NCBI GenBank assembly: GCA_050012475.1 | Contig: JBEKHC010000036.1 | Location: forward strand, 1 to 44,664 | DNA length: 44,664 nt | Direction: 5' to 3' | Origin: Candidatus Velthaea sp. | GTDB lineage: Bacteria; Vulcanimicrobiota; Vulcanimicrobiia; Vulcanimicrobiales; Vulcanimicrobiaceae | Shown: positions 36,700-44,664 of the stretch, piece after piece | How positions within the stretch are numbered: position 1 is the stretch's first letter | Layout: the number at the start of each line of letters is the position of its first letter | Translations under genes and position numbers: made by a program | The notes under the pieces: generated by a model | The model's input: only the letters and a program-made list of their open reading frames with translations | Database searches by the model: none | What the model was told of the DNA's origin: nothing

Positions 36700-37203
36700 G
36701 TGCATGAACTGCCGAACGTGGAAGTGAGGATTCTCGACGAGCGCGTTCGCGAGTGGGGATTACCAAGATATCACAGCGAGATGGCTGCAGGTGTCGACTT
36801 GTTCGCCTGCGTTGAGGAGTGCATTGATCTCGAGGCTCAAGCTCCGGCGCTTTTGGTACCCTCCGGCATTTCGGTTCATATCGGCGACCCGGGCTTTGTG
36901 GGACTTGTTCTCCCGAGGTCAGGCCTAGGCCACCGAAGCGGGCTAGTGCTTGGTAACCTCGTAGGCGTGATCGATGCAGACTATAACGGCCCGCTCCTGG
37001 TAAGCGTCTGGAATCGCAGCGCCCTGGGATCGCTGCCGGTGCGGATCGAGCCGGGGGATCGGATCGCTCAACTCCTCTTCGTGCCGGTCGCTCGTCCAAT
37101 GTTGGCCTTCGTCGAAACCTTCTCGAAGGATTCGGAGCGCGGCGACGGAGGCTTCGGGTCGACCGGGTCGTCCGTAACGCCCGGCAAAACGCCAAGAGTT
37201 TGA
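36700..37203 (+). CDS. dut: dUTP diphosphatase (intact, chimeric across the right repeat)
   Basis: All five motifs: AAGVDL, PRSG, GVIDADYNG, GDRIAQL, RGDGGFGSTG. Start uncertain (GTG 36700). Confidence 0.95.
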   Translation: MHELPNVEVRILDERVREWGLPRYHSEMAAGVDLFACVEECIDLEAQAPALLVPSGISVHIGDPGFVGLVLPRSGLGHRSGLVLGNLVGVIDADYNGPLLVSVWNRSALGSLPVRIEPGDRIAQLLFVPVARPMLAFVETFSKDSERGDGGFGSTGSSVTPGKTPRV

Positions 37204-37286
37204 CTGAAAGCGCCATCGGCCTCGGCTCTCTCACGTTCACCCGAAATTGTAACCGTGCGAAGCAGGCTTGTCGCCTTGGGTGCTGC

Positions 37287-37463
37287 CCGCCGGACGCGCC
37301 GGCGCTCATCGTCAACCTGGGCGACCGCATCGTGCAATTGCCGTTCATCCCGGTGCCACGGCCGGTTTTCCAACTCGTCGACGAGTTCGCCAGAGCGATC
37401 GGTCGCGGCGGCGGCGGCTTCGGTTCGACGGGACACGGCATGCCCGCCGGGAACTCTTCGTGA
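37287..37463 (+). pseudogene. dut: Degenerate 3' fragment of another dUTPase (motifs 4-5)
   Basis: PALIVNLGDRIVQLPFIPVPRP...RGGGGFGSTG; GC-rich, host-like codons. Confidence 0.85.
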
Positions 37464-37533
37464 CGATGGATGTGGCAGCACGTGCGGCGCTTGCTCCCTG
37501 GAGCTTCGCGCGGGAATCGACCGCCGGCGAACG

Positions 37534-38514
37534 ATGAACGTCTACGTCGTGGGCGCGGGCGCCGTCGGTACGTATCTGGGTGAAGAACTGCGCCGTATCG
37601 GCAACGCCGTGATCTATGCGCCGCGGGACGGAGAAGTCGATGAACCCGTCGACATCGATCTCGCGATCGTTGCGGTGCGTTCGTTTCATACCGATGCGGC
37701 GATTGCGACGCTGCGGCGCGCGCTTCGCAATCCGGATTCGACCGCCGTCATGACGCCCCAAAACGGCGTGGGCAACGAGGAAAAATTGGCAGCCGCGTTC
37801 GGTGCCGAGAACGTGATCTCGGCGGCGCTGACCGTGCCGGTGGGTCGCGACAAAAGCGGTCAAGGCCAGGCGGCCGGCGGCGGAGGGATCGTATTCGCAC
37901 CGGTCGGCAAGACCAACGCCCACAATTGGCTGTTGGCCGCGTTCGGCGCGACCGGCATTCCGGTTTCGGCGGCCGTCGACTATCGCTCGCTCAAATGGTC
38001 GAAGCTCGCGCTCAACGTGGTTGCGAACGCATCGTGCGCGATTCTCAACGTTCTGCCCGAGCGTTTGGTCCATCTCGACGACGTCTTTTCGCTCGAAATT
38101 CGCGCGATCCGGGAAGTTCGCGCCGTGATGAAAGCACTGGGGATCGCACCGATCGATTTACCGCGATATCCGGTGCGCGCACTGCAGAGCGTCGCGAGTC
38201 TGCCTGCTCCCGTTGCGCGCTACGTGCTGGCCAACCGCATCGCTGGCGCGCGCGGCCGCAAGCCGCCGTCACTCCTGCTCGATTTGCGCGCTGCGAAGAA
38301 TCGCACGGAAGTCGACGTCCTCAACGGCGCGGTCGCCGCTGCGGCGCGCACGTCGGGGGTGAGTGCGCCGGTCAATATGGTGTTTGCGCGCGTCGTGAGC
38401 GATATTGCGAGCATGCCGCAGCTGTGGGCGAAATACCGCGAACGGCCCGAAGCCCTCGAAGCCGAAGTCCAGGCGGAGGTCGCCCGCGGCGGCCGCTCCT
38501 TCGCTTCCGTTTAG
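37534..38514 (+). CDS. panE: Ketopantoate reductase family protein
   Basis: VVGAGAVG, TPQNGVG, KWSKLALN, PSLLLDL...TEVDVLNG. Confidence 0.85.
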   Translation: MNVYVVGAGAVGTYLGEELRRIGNAVIYAPRDGEVDEPVDIDLAIVAVRSFHTDAAIATLRRALRNPDSTAVMTPQNGVGNEEKLAAAFGAENVISAALTVPVGRDKSGQGQAAGGGGIVFAPVGKTNAHNWLLAAFGATGIPVSAAVDYRSLKWSKLALNVVANASCAILNVLPERLVHLDDVFSLEIRAIREVRAVMKALGIAPIDLPRYPVRALQSVASLPAPVARYVLANRIAGARGRKPPSLLLDLRAAKNRTEVDVLNGAVAAAARTSGVSAPVNMVFARVVSDIASMPQLWAKYRERPEALEAEVQAEVARGGRSFASV

Positions 38515-38541
38515 CGATCCGAGCGCGCAGCGCACGGCGGT

Positions 38542-39048
38542 ATGACGGTTCCCAAGAGCGTCGCATTGCTGGCCGGCTGCGCGTTGGCACGGCCGGCCGC
38601 CGGCGGCTGCGCGTGGTGCGGAGCGGCCCTGCCGGTACGCCGCCGCACTTGGTGCAGCCAGCGCTGTGCGACGACGTTCTGGACCAATCACTGGTGGACG
38701 CTCGCACGCCGCGCCGCGAAACGGCGCGACAAGTATCGTTGCCGAACCTGCGGTGCGGCGGCGCCGAAGCGGCCGGCGCGTACGGCGTTTGCGAGCCTTG
38801 CGGGGTATCGCGCGGCGATGCGGGCTTGGCGCAGCGCGAAGAAGACCCAGCGCATGGAAGTCAACCATCGAGTTCCCTGCCGCGGGAAGCACGGCGCGCT
38901 CTCGTGCGATCATCATTTGGAGAATCTCGAAACGCTGTGCGTCGCCTGTCATCGCGCGCTGACGACCGCCGATCGGTTGTCGGCGGATGGCCGGCCGCCG
39001 TCGCCGCAGGCTGCGATCGGCGGCGCGGCGGGGATAACCGGAGCATGA
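38542..39048 (+). CDS. HNH endonuclease with zinc-finger motifs
   Basis: CAWC...WCSQRC, RDKYRCRTC, VNHRVP...NLETLCVACH. Confidence 0.85.
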   Translation: MTVPKSVALLAGCALARPAAGGCAWCGAALPVRRRTWCSQRCATTFWTNHWWTLARRAAKRRDKYRCRTCGAAAPKRPARTAFASLAGYRAAMRAWRSAKKTQRMEVNHRVPCRGKHGALSCDHHLENLETLCVACHRALTTADRLSADGRPPSPQAAIGGAAGITGA

Positions 39049-39126
39049 CACACCAGCGGGCAACGTTTTGTCTCCGGCGGTATCGGATGCGCCGGCCTGG
39101 ATCGTTGCCGAAGCGAACACAATTGC

Positions 39127-39720
39127 GTCGAATGGAATCTCATCGAGCGAACCGGCGAACGCGATCTAGTTCCGCTGGCGCGCGCGTTCGATATGCCGGT
39201 CCCGGCGTGGTCGCCGTTAGCGGGCGGGGTGTTGACCGGCAAATACCGCGGAAACGAACAGGATGCGAGTGACGCCGCTGCAGAGCGCCGACGATAATTC
39301 GGCGCGTTCGGTGCCCGTGCGAAGTGCAACGGCGCAGCGATCAGCACGAACGGCGGACCTTGACACGTGGTGTGTGCCAGGCGTGTGGCTTTGAGCGGTG
39401 ATAGGGTTTGATGAGTGAAGCGCATCGAGCGAGTTCGACTGTATCCGTAAGAACCGGGCGCTGCCCCCGCACAAGTTGCGCTCGCGTGGCTGCCGGCGCA
39501 GGGGCGGGATGTCTTTCCAATTTTAGGCGCAAGGAAGATCGAGCACTTCGAGGACAACCTCGCGGCGCTCGATTTGACGCAGGGCGAACGCCAACAACAA
39601 CGCCGGAACCAGACGAGCGCAGTGCGTGCGGGCTTCCCGCACGAGTTTCTTGCACGTGCCCGGACAATAAACTCCCGGGGAAATTCTTTGGCGTGCCCGT
39701 GGAGTGAATGGACTCACCGC
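39127..39720 (+). pseudogene. Aldo/keto reductase pseudogene (3' portion)
   Basis: VEWNLIERTGERDLVPLA..WSPLAGGVLTGKY, stop and frameshifts, AQVALAWL..PILGARKIEHFEDNL, GFPHEFL. Confidence 0.85.
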
Positions 39721-39931
39721 CCACGACGTCTGATCTCGCTCAGCGGAAATCAAGCGAAAGATCGATGGCGACGCATCGCTGTGTGGCGGTCGCTTGCTGA
39801 CGCACGCGACCACGCGCAGCAGCGACGGGCGGGACAAAAGCACCCAAGGAACTGATACGCTCTTCTGAAAGCTGACTGCTGCGGCGTTTCGTGCGTCGCC
39901 GCTTCACGTGTTTGCTGCTAGGAGGCTCCCA

Positions 39932-40483
39932 ATGCGTTTTCGCCTCGCGTTGCTGGTCGTCGTCTGCACGATCTTTGCCCCGTTCGCGGCCGCGTCGGCC
40001 GACGACGCACCGGCGTACTCGATGCCCGTGCGGCCCGATTTTTCAGCGATGAATTTTTTGTTCGGCACGTGGTCGTGCACGACAAAAAGCGCGCGACGGC
40101 CAACGCCCGTCGCATCAACCGACACCTACGAACTGGATCCGACCGGGTATTACGTCAAATACGAATCCAAGAGCGATCCGGTCCCGTGGGCCAACTTTCC
40201 GCAAAGTATCCATCAGATGATCACGTACGATTCGGAACTCAAGCAGTGGGCTGCCGTACTGACCAGCGATACCGGAGACTACGGGCTGTTCATGTCAGCC
40301 GGGTGGAAGGACGGCAAGATGATCTGGCATCCGGTCAACAATACGCCGTATCTGGACATTGCAAGCACCTCGGATTTTACGCTCACGAAAGTCAGCGATA
40401 CGCACACGACGAACGCATCGTCGTTCACGACCAAGTCCGGTGCAACGGTCGCTGTCAGCGGAAGCTGTACCAAGTCGCCGTAG
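39932..40483 (+). CDS. Secreted hypothetical protein (lipocalin/DUF1579-like beta-barrel)
   Basis: GGAGG SD, signal peptide ending ASA-DD, 'FLFGTWSC', terminal 'GSCTK'. Confidence 0.7.
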   Translation: MRFRLALLVVVCTIFAPFAAASADDAPAYSMPVRPDFSAMNFLFGTWSCTTKSARRPTPVASTDTYELDPTGYYVKYESKSDPVPWANFPQSIHQMITYDSELKQWAAVLTSDTGDYGLFMSAGWKDGKMIWHPVNNTPYLDIASTSDFTLTKVSDTHTTNASSFTTKSGATVAVSGSCTKSP

Positions 40484-40498
40484 CGCCGCCGGCGCGCG

Positions 40499-40975
40499 TT
40501 AGCGCGTGAACTTTGCGATGAGCGGCGCGTGCTGTGGATATTGCGCGATCAGCACCGCGCGTGTCGCGAGGTAAAAGTCCGCATACTCGAATCCCGGGGC
40601 AACGTCGCAGCCGACGAGCGCATACCCCGCCGGCTGCTCGACATGAGAAGCGAAGTGCGCGCCGGCCGGTACCGCCGTTTGCCACGGGCCTTCGCCGCGC
40701 AGGATGCGCCGCTCGTGACGGCCGGCTGCATCGATGATGTCTACATTGAGCGGATCGCCGCGATAGAAGTGCCAGATCTCATCGGACGTCAGCCGGTGAA
40801 AGGCCGAGAAATTGTCGGCGGTCAGCAGGAACAGGATCGTGGTGAGCGAGCTGCGGGTCGTGCCGCGCGCCGTGGTGACCCGATCGGCGCTGCGAAACGT
40901 CTCACGAAAAAAGCCCCCTTCGGGGTGCGGCGCCAAACGCAGCTCCGCGATGAGCCGTTCGGCTTCGGCGTTCAT
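40499..40975 (-). CDS. Cupin domain protein (DUF985)
   Basis: LAPHPEGGFFRET, SAFHRL.SDEIWHFY, CDVAPGFEY. Confidence 0.92.
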   Translation of the reverse strand: MNAEAERLIAELRLAPHPEGGFFRETFRSADRVTTARGTTRSSLTTILFLLTADNFSAFHRLTSDEIWHFYRGDPLNVDIIDAAGRHERRILRGEGPWQTAVPAGAHFASHVEQPAGYALVGCDVAPGFEYADFYLATRAVLIAQYPQHAPLIAKFTR

Positions 40976-41020
40976 GAAAGCCGGCCGGCGGCGCGCACGC
41001 CGCCGCTCACACCAGACCCG

Positions 41021-42808
41021 TCAGCGGACGTGATCGTTGGTTACCGGTACTTGCGCCAGCTCGTGCATCATGTACGAGAAGTCGTTGAAGGTCAGCGCCT
41101 GTTCGGAATCGCTGAGCGCTTCGGCCGGATTCGGATGGACTTCAACGAGCAGTCCGTGTGCGCCGACGGCCTTGGCCGCGCAGCACAACGGGACGATCCA
41201 GCGTCGCACGCCCACGCCGTGTGACGGGTCGACCATGATCGGCAGATGCGTGCGCTCGCGCAGGACCGGGATGGCTGATAGGTCGAGCGTATTGCGCGTC
41301 GCGGTCTCGAACGTGCGGATCCCGCGTTCGCACAACACGACGTTGGGGTTGCCTTCGGACAGGATGTATTCCGCCGCCGAGAGCAGGTCGTCGATGCTCG
41401 CGGCCATGCCGCGTTTGAGCAAGACCGGCCGATCGGTTCGGCCGACGGCTTTGAGCAGATCGAAGTTTTGCATGTTGCGCGCGCCGATCTGCAGCATGTC
41501 GACGGCGGCGGCCATCCGCTCGACTTGATCGATCGTCATGACCTCGCTGACGATCGGAACGCCGACCGCACGACCGGCTTCGGCCAGCAGGTCCATGCCC
41601 TCCCAGCCCAGGCCTTGGAACGAGTACGGCGACGTCCGGGGTTTGAAGACGCCGCCGCGCAGCATGACGGCGCCGGCTGACCGGACGGCTTCGGCGGTGG
41701 CCAGAATCTGTTCGCGCGTCTCGACGCTGCACGGACCCCCGACGACCACGAAGTGGCCGTCACCGATGGTGACGGGGCCCACGTGGACGCGGGCGGTCCT
41801 GGCGGGGTCGCGGCGGGTGACCTTCCAGCTGTTCTTGGCCGGCGCCGGCGTCTTGGGTGGCGCTTCGTCGACCGTGACCGTCGTGGTCACACGCTCGCGC
41901 GGCGGCGCCGTGGCGGCGTCGTAGCTGCCGATCACGTGCAGGGTGGCGGTGACGCCGCGCAGGGACTGCAAGGCGTTCGCGAAGCGTTCCTCGCGAATGT
42001 CGCCGTCGACGTCGGCGTAGAAGGCGAACTGATGCTCGGCGCCCAGCCGCGACTTGGAATCGAGCTTGGACACGTTGAGGCCGTTGTCGCCGAAGATCGT
42101 CAGGCAGCGGCCCAGCGCGCCGGGTTGATCGGGGACGGCGAAGACCAGCGAGGTCTTGCGCACCGTGTAGTCCGTCGCCGGCTCGAAGTCGGCGGCGACG
42201 CCGCGTGCGTTGGGCGCGCGGAACAACAGGAAGCGGCTGTAGTTCTCCGGATGGTCGGAGATCGTGTTCGCCAGCTCGACGAGCCCGTAGCGCCGGCCGG
42301 CGTCGCTGGAGGCGATCGCGGCGCGGGTCGGATCCTTGGCGGCGGCCACGTCGCGTGCCGCGATCCCCGTATCGGGGACCGGGACCGCCCGGACGTCGCG
42401 CAGCGTGGCCAAGAAGCGGCCGCATTCGGCCAGCACGACCGGATGCGAATCGATCATCCGCACCCCGGCGAGCGTGGCGCCAGGCACGCCCAAAAGGCGG
42501 TGCTCCATATGCCAGGTGATCTCGGCGAGCGGGTCGAGTTCGTACTCGGCCAGGACGTCGTAGCCCTCGCGGATCGTGCCGGCAATCGCGTTGTCGACCG
42601 GCAGCAGGCCGATGTCGGCCCGGCCTGAGAGTACGGCGTGCACGACGCCACGGTACGTTTGGCAGCCGAGCGGCGTGAACGAGACGCCGCGCCTCCCGGC
42701 GTAGGCATCGAGGACAAGGTGCGAATACGAACCCTCGATCCCCTCGAAGGCAGCGGTCAGCGTGAGTGTGGGGGTGGGGATGGCCTCGGCGTCGGTTTGG
42801 TTACTCAT
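41021..42808 (-). CDS. aroF: Fused prephenate dehydratase-ACT / DAHP synthase (type I-beta)
   Basis: N-terminus: GSYS, LPVDNAIAG, SHP, NYSRF, ACT KTSLVF...NVSKLDSK. C-terminus: GPCSVE, FKPRTSPYSFQG, QIGARNMQNF, LKRG, CERGIRTFE, DPSH, EVHPNP. Confidence 0.93.
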   Translation of the reverse strand: MSNQTDAEAIPTPTLTLTAAFEGIEGSYSHLVLDAYAGRRGVSFTPLGCQTYRGVVHAVLSGRADIGLLPVDNAIAGTIREGYDVLAEYELDPLAEITWHMEHRLLGVPGATLAGVRMIDSHPVVLAECGRFLATLRDVRAVPVPDTGIAARDVAAAKDPTRAAIASSDAGRRYGLVELANTISDHPENYSRFLLFRAPNARGVAADFEPATDYTVRKTSLVFAVPDQPGALGRCLTIFGDNGLNVSKLDSKSRLGAEHQFAFYADVDGDIREERFANALQSLRGVTATLHVIGSYDAATAPPRERVTTTVTVDEAPPKTPAPAKNSWKVTRRDPARTARVHVGPVTIGDGHFVVVGGPCSVETREQILATAEAVRSAGAVMLRGGVFKPRTSPYSFQGLGWEGMDLLAEAGRAVGVPIVSEVMTIDQVERMAAAVDMLQIGARNMQNFDLLKAVGRTDRPVLLKRGMAASIDDLLSAAEYILSEGNPNVVLCERGIRTFETATRNTLDLSAIPVLRERTHLPIMVDPSHGVGVRRWIVPLCCAAKAVGAHGLLVEVHPNPAEALSDSEQALTFNDFSYMMHELAQVPVTNDHVR

Positions 42809-42823
42809 AGCCTCGTTCACTAC

Positions 42824-42863
42824 AAAAAAAGAGCCCCGCGCGCTTGCGGCGAGCGGGGCTCTT
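42824..42863 (-). terminator. Attenuator terminator upstream of PDT-DAHPS
   Basis: AAGAGCCCCGC-TCGCCGCAAGCGC-GCGGGGCTC-TTTTTTT on the - strand, just before the start codon. Confidence 0.88.
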
Positions 42864-42892
42864 GGTGGTCGTCCATGGTTTGCGAGGGACTC

Positions 42893-42979
42893 TTACCGCG
42901 ATAGCCTACCGCACCGGCGCGCTGTGGTGTCGGCGAAAAAAAAGAACGGAAATCGCTGCGTCAGAGCCTGTTTGACCAT
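42893..42979 (-). CDS. Phe-rich attenuator leader peptide MVKQALTQRFPFFFFADTTARRCGRLSR (pheL-like)
   Basis: 5 Phe codons within 6 positions, upstream of a terminator and a Phe-biosynthesis gene. Confidence 0.85.
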   Translation of the reverse strand: MVKQALTQRFPFFFFADTTARRCGRLSR

Positions 42980-43143
42980 GCCCTAAGCATGTACCACGTT
43001 CAGGAGCCACTCGTCAACAGCGCCGAAGTTCCGCAAGGGGCGGCTATCTACCCCCAGCGTCGCCGGCGTCGCGCGTGCCGGGCCGAAACGGGTGGAGCCC
43101 GCCGCATCTCGGATCCGCCGAAGTCGCAGCGTGTCGAGCGCCG

Positions 43144-43285
43144 GGGCGCCCATCGACCGAAGCCGAGGTTACCCATCCTGGCGAAGCTGAGGGCGCCCAT
43201 CCGAACGAAGACCGAGGGCGCCCATCCGAGCGAAGACCGAGGGCGCCCATCCTGTAGGCGTTGGTCCGACAGGTCGGACCAGCGC
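43144..43285 (-). repeat. Hairpin plus five 23-25-bp tandem repeats downstream of mgsA
   Basis: GCGTTGGTCCGAC-AG-GTCGGACCAGCGC hairpin; units GGGCGCCCATC(C)..CGAAG(A)CYGA. A dispersed copy lies at 29088-29112. Confidence 0.85.
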
Positions 43286-43734
43286 TAGTTGGCCGCTCGG
43301 CGCTCCGCGATGTAGGACTGGCTGAAGAACAGCGGCGAGGAGATCAGGAAGTCGGCCGAGCTGCGGTTGCATGCGATCGGGACGTTGTGGAGGACGGCCA
43401 GGCGCAGCAGCGACTTCACGTCGACGTCGTGCGGCTGCGATGAGAGCGGGTCCCAGAAGAAGATGACCGCGTCGAGCTTGCCTTCGGAGATCATGGCGCC
43501 GACTTGGGCATCGCCGCCGCGCGGCCCCGAGAGCAGACGTTCGACCGGTAGATCGACGAGGTCGGACACGCGTTTCCCCGTCGTCGCCGTTCCGAAGAGC
43601 GCGCAGCGCGAGAGCGTGCCGCGATTGAATGTCGCCCATTGCGCGATCTCGTCTTTGCACGCGTCGTGCGCGATCAAGACGATGCGCGGGCGAACCTCGT
43701 CGCGGGTTTTGATTGGTGTGACGTTACTGGTCAT
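43285..43734 (-). CDS. mgsA: Methylglyoxal synthase
   Basis: LIAHD..K, TATTG, SGPRGGDAQ, FFWDPL..QPHDVD, ACNRSSAD. Confidence 0.96.
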   Translation of the reverse strand: MTSNVTPIKTRDEVRPRIVLIAHDACKDEIAQWATFNRGTLSRCALFGTATTGKRVSDLVDLPVERLLSGPRGGDAQVGAMISEGKLDAVIFFWDPLSSQPHDVDVKSLLRLAVLHNVPIACNRSSADFLISSPLFFSQSYIAERRAAN

Positions 43735-44195
43735 ATGCCAATCTTACGGCCATGACCGGCGCGGTGTTCCGATGATTGTCGAAACTTAATCTCTTTTGAC
43801 GCCAATGTTTCAGTGCCGTCGGCGGTAGTATCCACGCAGATGCGCGGCGCATTGCCGGAGATTTTCTCGCGCTACTTTCGTGGGAACACCCGCGTCTGCG
43901 ATGCATCGTTATCGAAAAACTCTGTAATAACCGGCGTTTGCGCGCCGCTCGCCACCATCGCCAGGCTGAGATTTGCGGTCAATGTAGCCGCCATTCTCAT
44001 CGGTGACGGAAACCAAGTAGCGCGCAACGAGGTATTTAAATTTTCTTGCGCGGATCACTACCGCGAGCAGTTCGAACTTGCAAGATCGAAATGACGCCTT
44101 GCCGCACCGGGAGTAACGGGCAATCTTCGGGTCGCCTCGGCTACCAAGCGTCCGCTGATTTCAGCGCGGCACGGCAACGGCCGGATATTGCGCGG

Positions 44196-44483
44196 TTGAA
44201 ACTCGTCCCCGGCGGCCGGGTAGACGCACGCGTGAGGATGCTTGGTCTCGCGCTGGCATGGCGCAAAACCGCGACACGAGCCTTCGGGGCGCTCATTGAC
44301 GGGCGGGTGCCGCTTCATTTGAAGCTGTTCGCCGTGGCGGCGAGCGTCTTCGTTTTGTCGCCGCTGAATCTGTTGGGCGATATCCCGCTGTTGGGGACCA
44401 TCGACGATGCCGGGTTGCTCACGCTGGTGATGCTCTGGTTCACGCGCGCGAGCACGCCGTATCAAAATACGATCGACATCTGA
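44196..44483 (+). CDS. YkvA/DUF1232 family membrane protein
   Basis: DGRVPLHLK...SPLNLLGDIPLLGTIDD. Start uncertain (44196 TTG or 44238 ATG). Confidence 0.8.
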   Translation: MKLVPGGRVDARVRMLGLALAWRKTATRAFGALIDGRVPLHLKLFAVAASVFVLSPLNLLGDIPLLGTIDDAGLLTLVMLWFTRASTPYQNTIDI

Positions 44484-44490
44484 GGGCCGG

Positions 44491-44664
44491 TCAATCGATC
44501 GGCCGGAGTCCGAGGCGATTGGGACCGACCTGCCAAGCATCGGCGAGCACCATGCGCAAAAGGCCGTCGATACCCGGCTTCGCCTTGCGCCGGTCGGTGC
44601 GCCGGCGTTCGTGGTGCACGGCCGCCATGATGCGCCGGCGCGGTCCGAAGCGGCGCTGCGGGTT
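44491..44664 (-). CDS. 3' end of a hypothetical Arg-rich protein (truncated by the window edge)
   Basis: Open frame NPQRRFGPRRR...ERRRTDRRK...RPID* ending at TGA 44491, convergent on ykvA. Confidence 0.5.
   Translation of the reverse strand, partial: NPQRRFGPRRRIMAAVHHERRRTDRRKAKPGIDGLLRMVLADAWQVGPNRLGLRPID

Larger units (their letters stand above)
29494..36981. mobile_element. Decayed integrative island inserted in dut, bounded by 36-bp direct repeats (29494-29529 / 36946-36981)
   Basis: Identical GTGCTTGGTAACCTCGTAGGCGTGATCGATGCAGAC at both ends; internal IS3 and TnsB remnants. No intact integrase seen. Confidence 0.75.

Noticed and set aside
39820..39852. Guanidine-I (ykkC) riboswitch-like GCGGGACAAAAGC
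   Set aside because: The conserved 5' part (CTAGGGTTCCG) is absent and the downstream gene does not fit.
43144..43252. CRISPR array
   Set aside because: Units are contiguous with no unique spacers, and there are no cas genes. The same applies to 10641-10765 and 15941-16078.
44107..44156. Similarity to the DUF5679 leader (CTTCGGG..CTACC.AAGCG)
   Set aside because: Short, gapped match in GC-rich DNA; could be chance.

Overview
GC-rich bacterial chromosomal window; the gene repertoire suggests Candidatus Eremiobacterota or a related Terrabacteria lineage (inference, not verified). Positions 1-24.4 kb and 37.5-44.7 kb are mostly core genes: ggt, an MCC carboxyltransferase, an ECF sigma/anti-sigma/two-component cluster, pyrF-pyrE-hisC, argS, rlmH, dprA, nrdR, a panE-like gene, a prephenate dehydratase-DAHP synthase fusion and mgsA. 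Between nrdR and panE (~24.5-37.5 kb) lies a mosaic accessory region. Main observations: (1) A decayed ~7.4 kb element is integrated inside the dUTPase gene (dut). It is bounded by an identical 36-bp direct repeat in dut motif 3 and carries a replacement 5' half that restores the gene; a third, degenerate dut 3' fragment follows. (2) A Phe-rich leader-peptide attenuator (MVKQALTQRFPFFFF...) lies upstream of the PDT-ACT-DAHPS fusion. (3) Structured intergenic elements consist of a hairpin followed by tandem palindromic repeats and show compensatory changes. (4) A 46-aa gene below the ORF cutoff has its own SD and terminator. (5) The response regulator probably starts at ATT. (6) Twin small Cys/His proteins have duplicated promoters. 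(7) The accessory region carries O2/redox and c-di-GMP cargo (ODP-GGDEF, PilZ, CDGSH-truncated globin). No CRISPR, tRNA or rRNA was recognised. All family calls come from motif recognition by eye, not from database searches.
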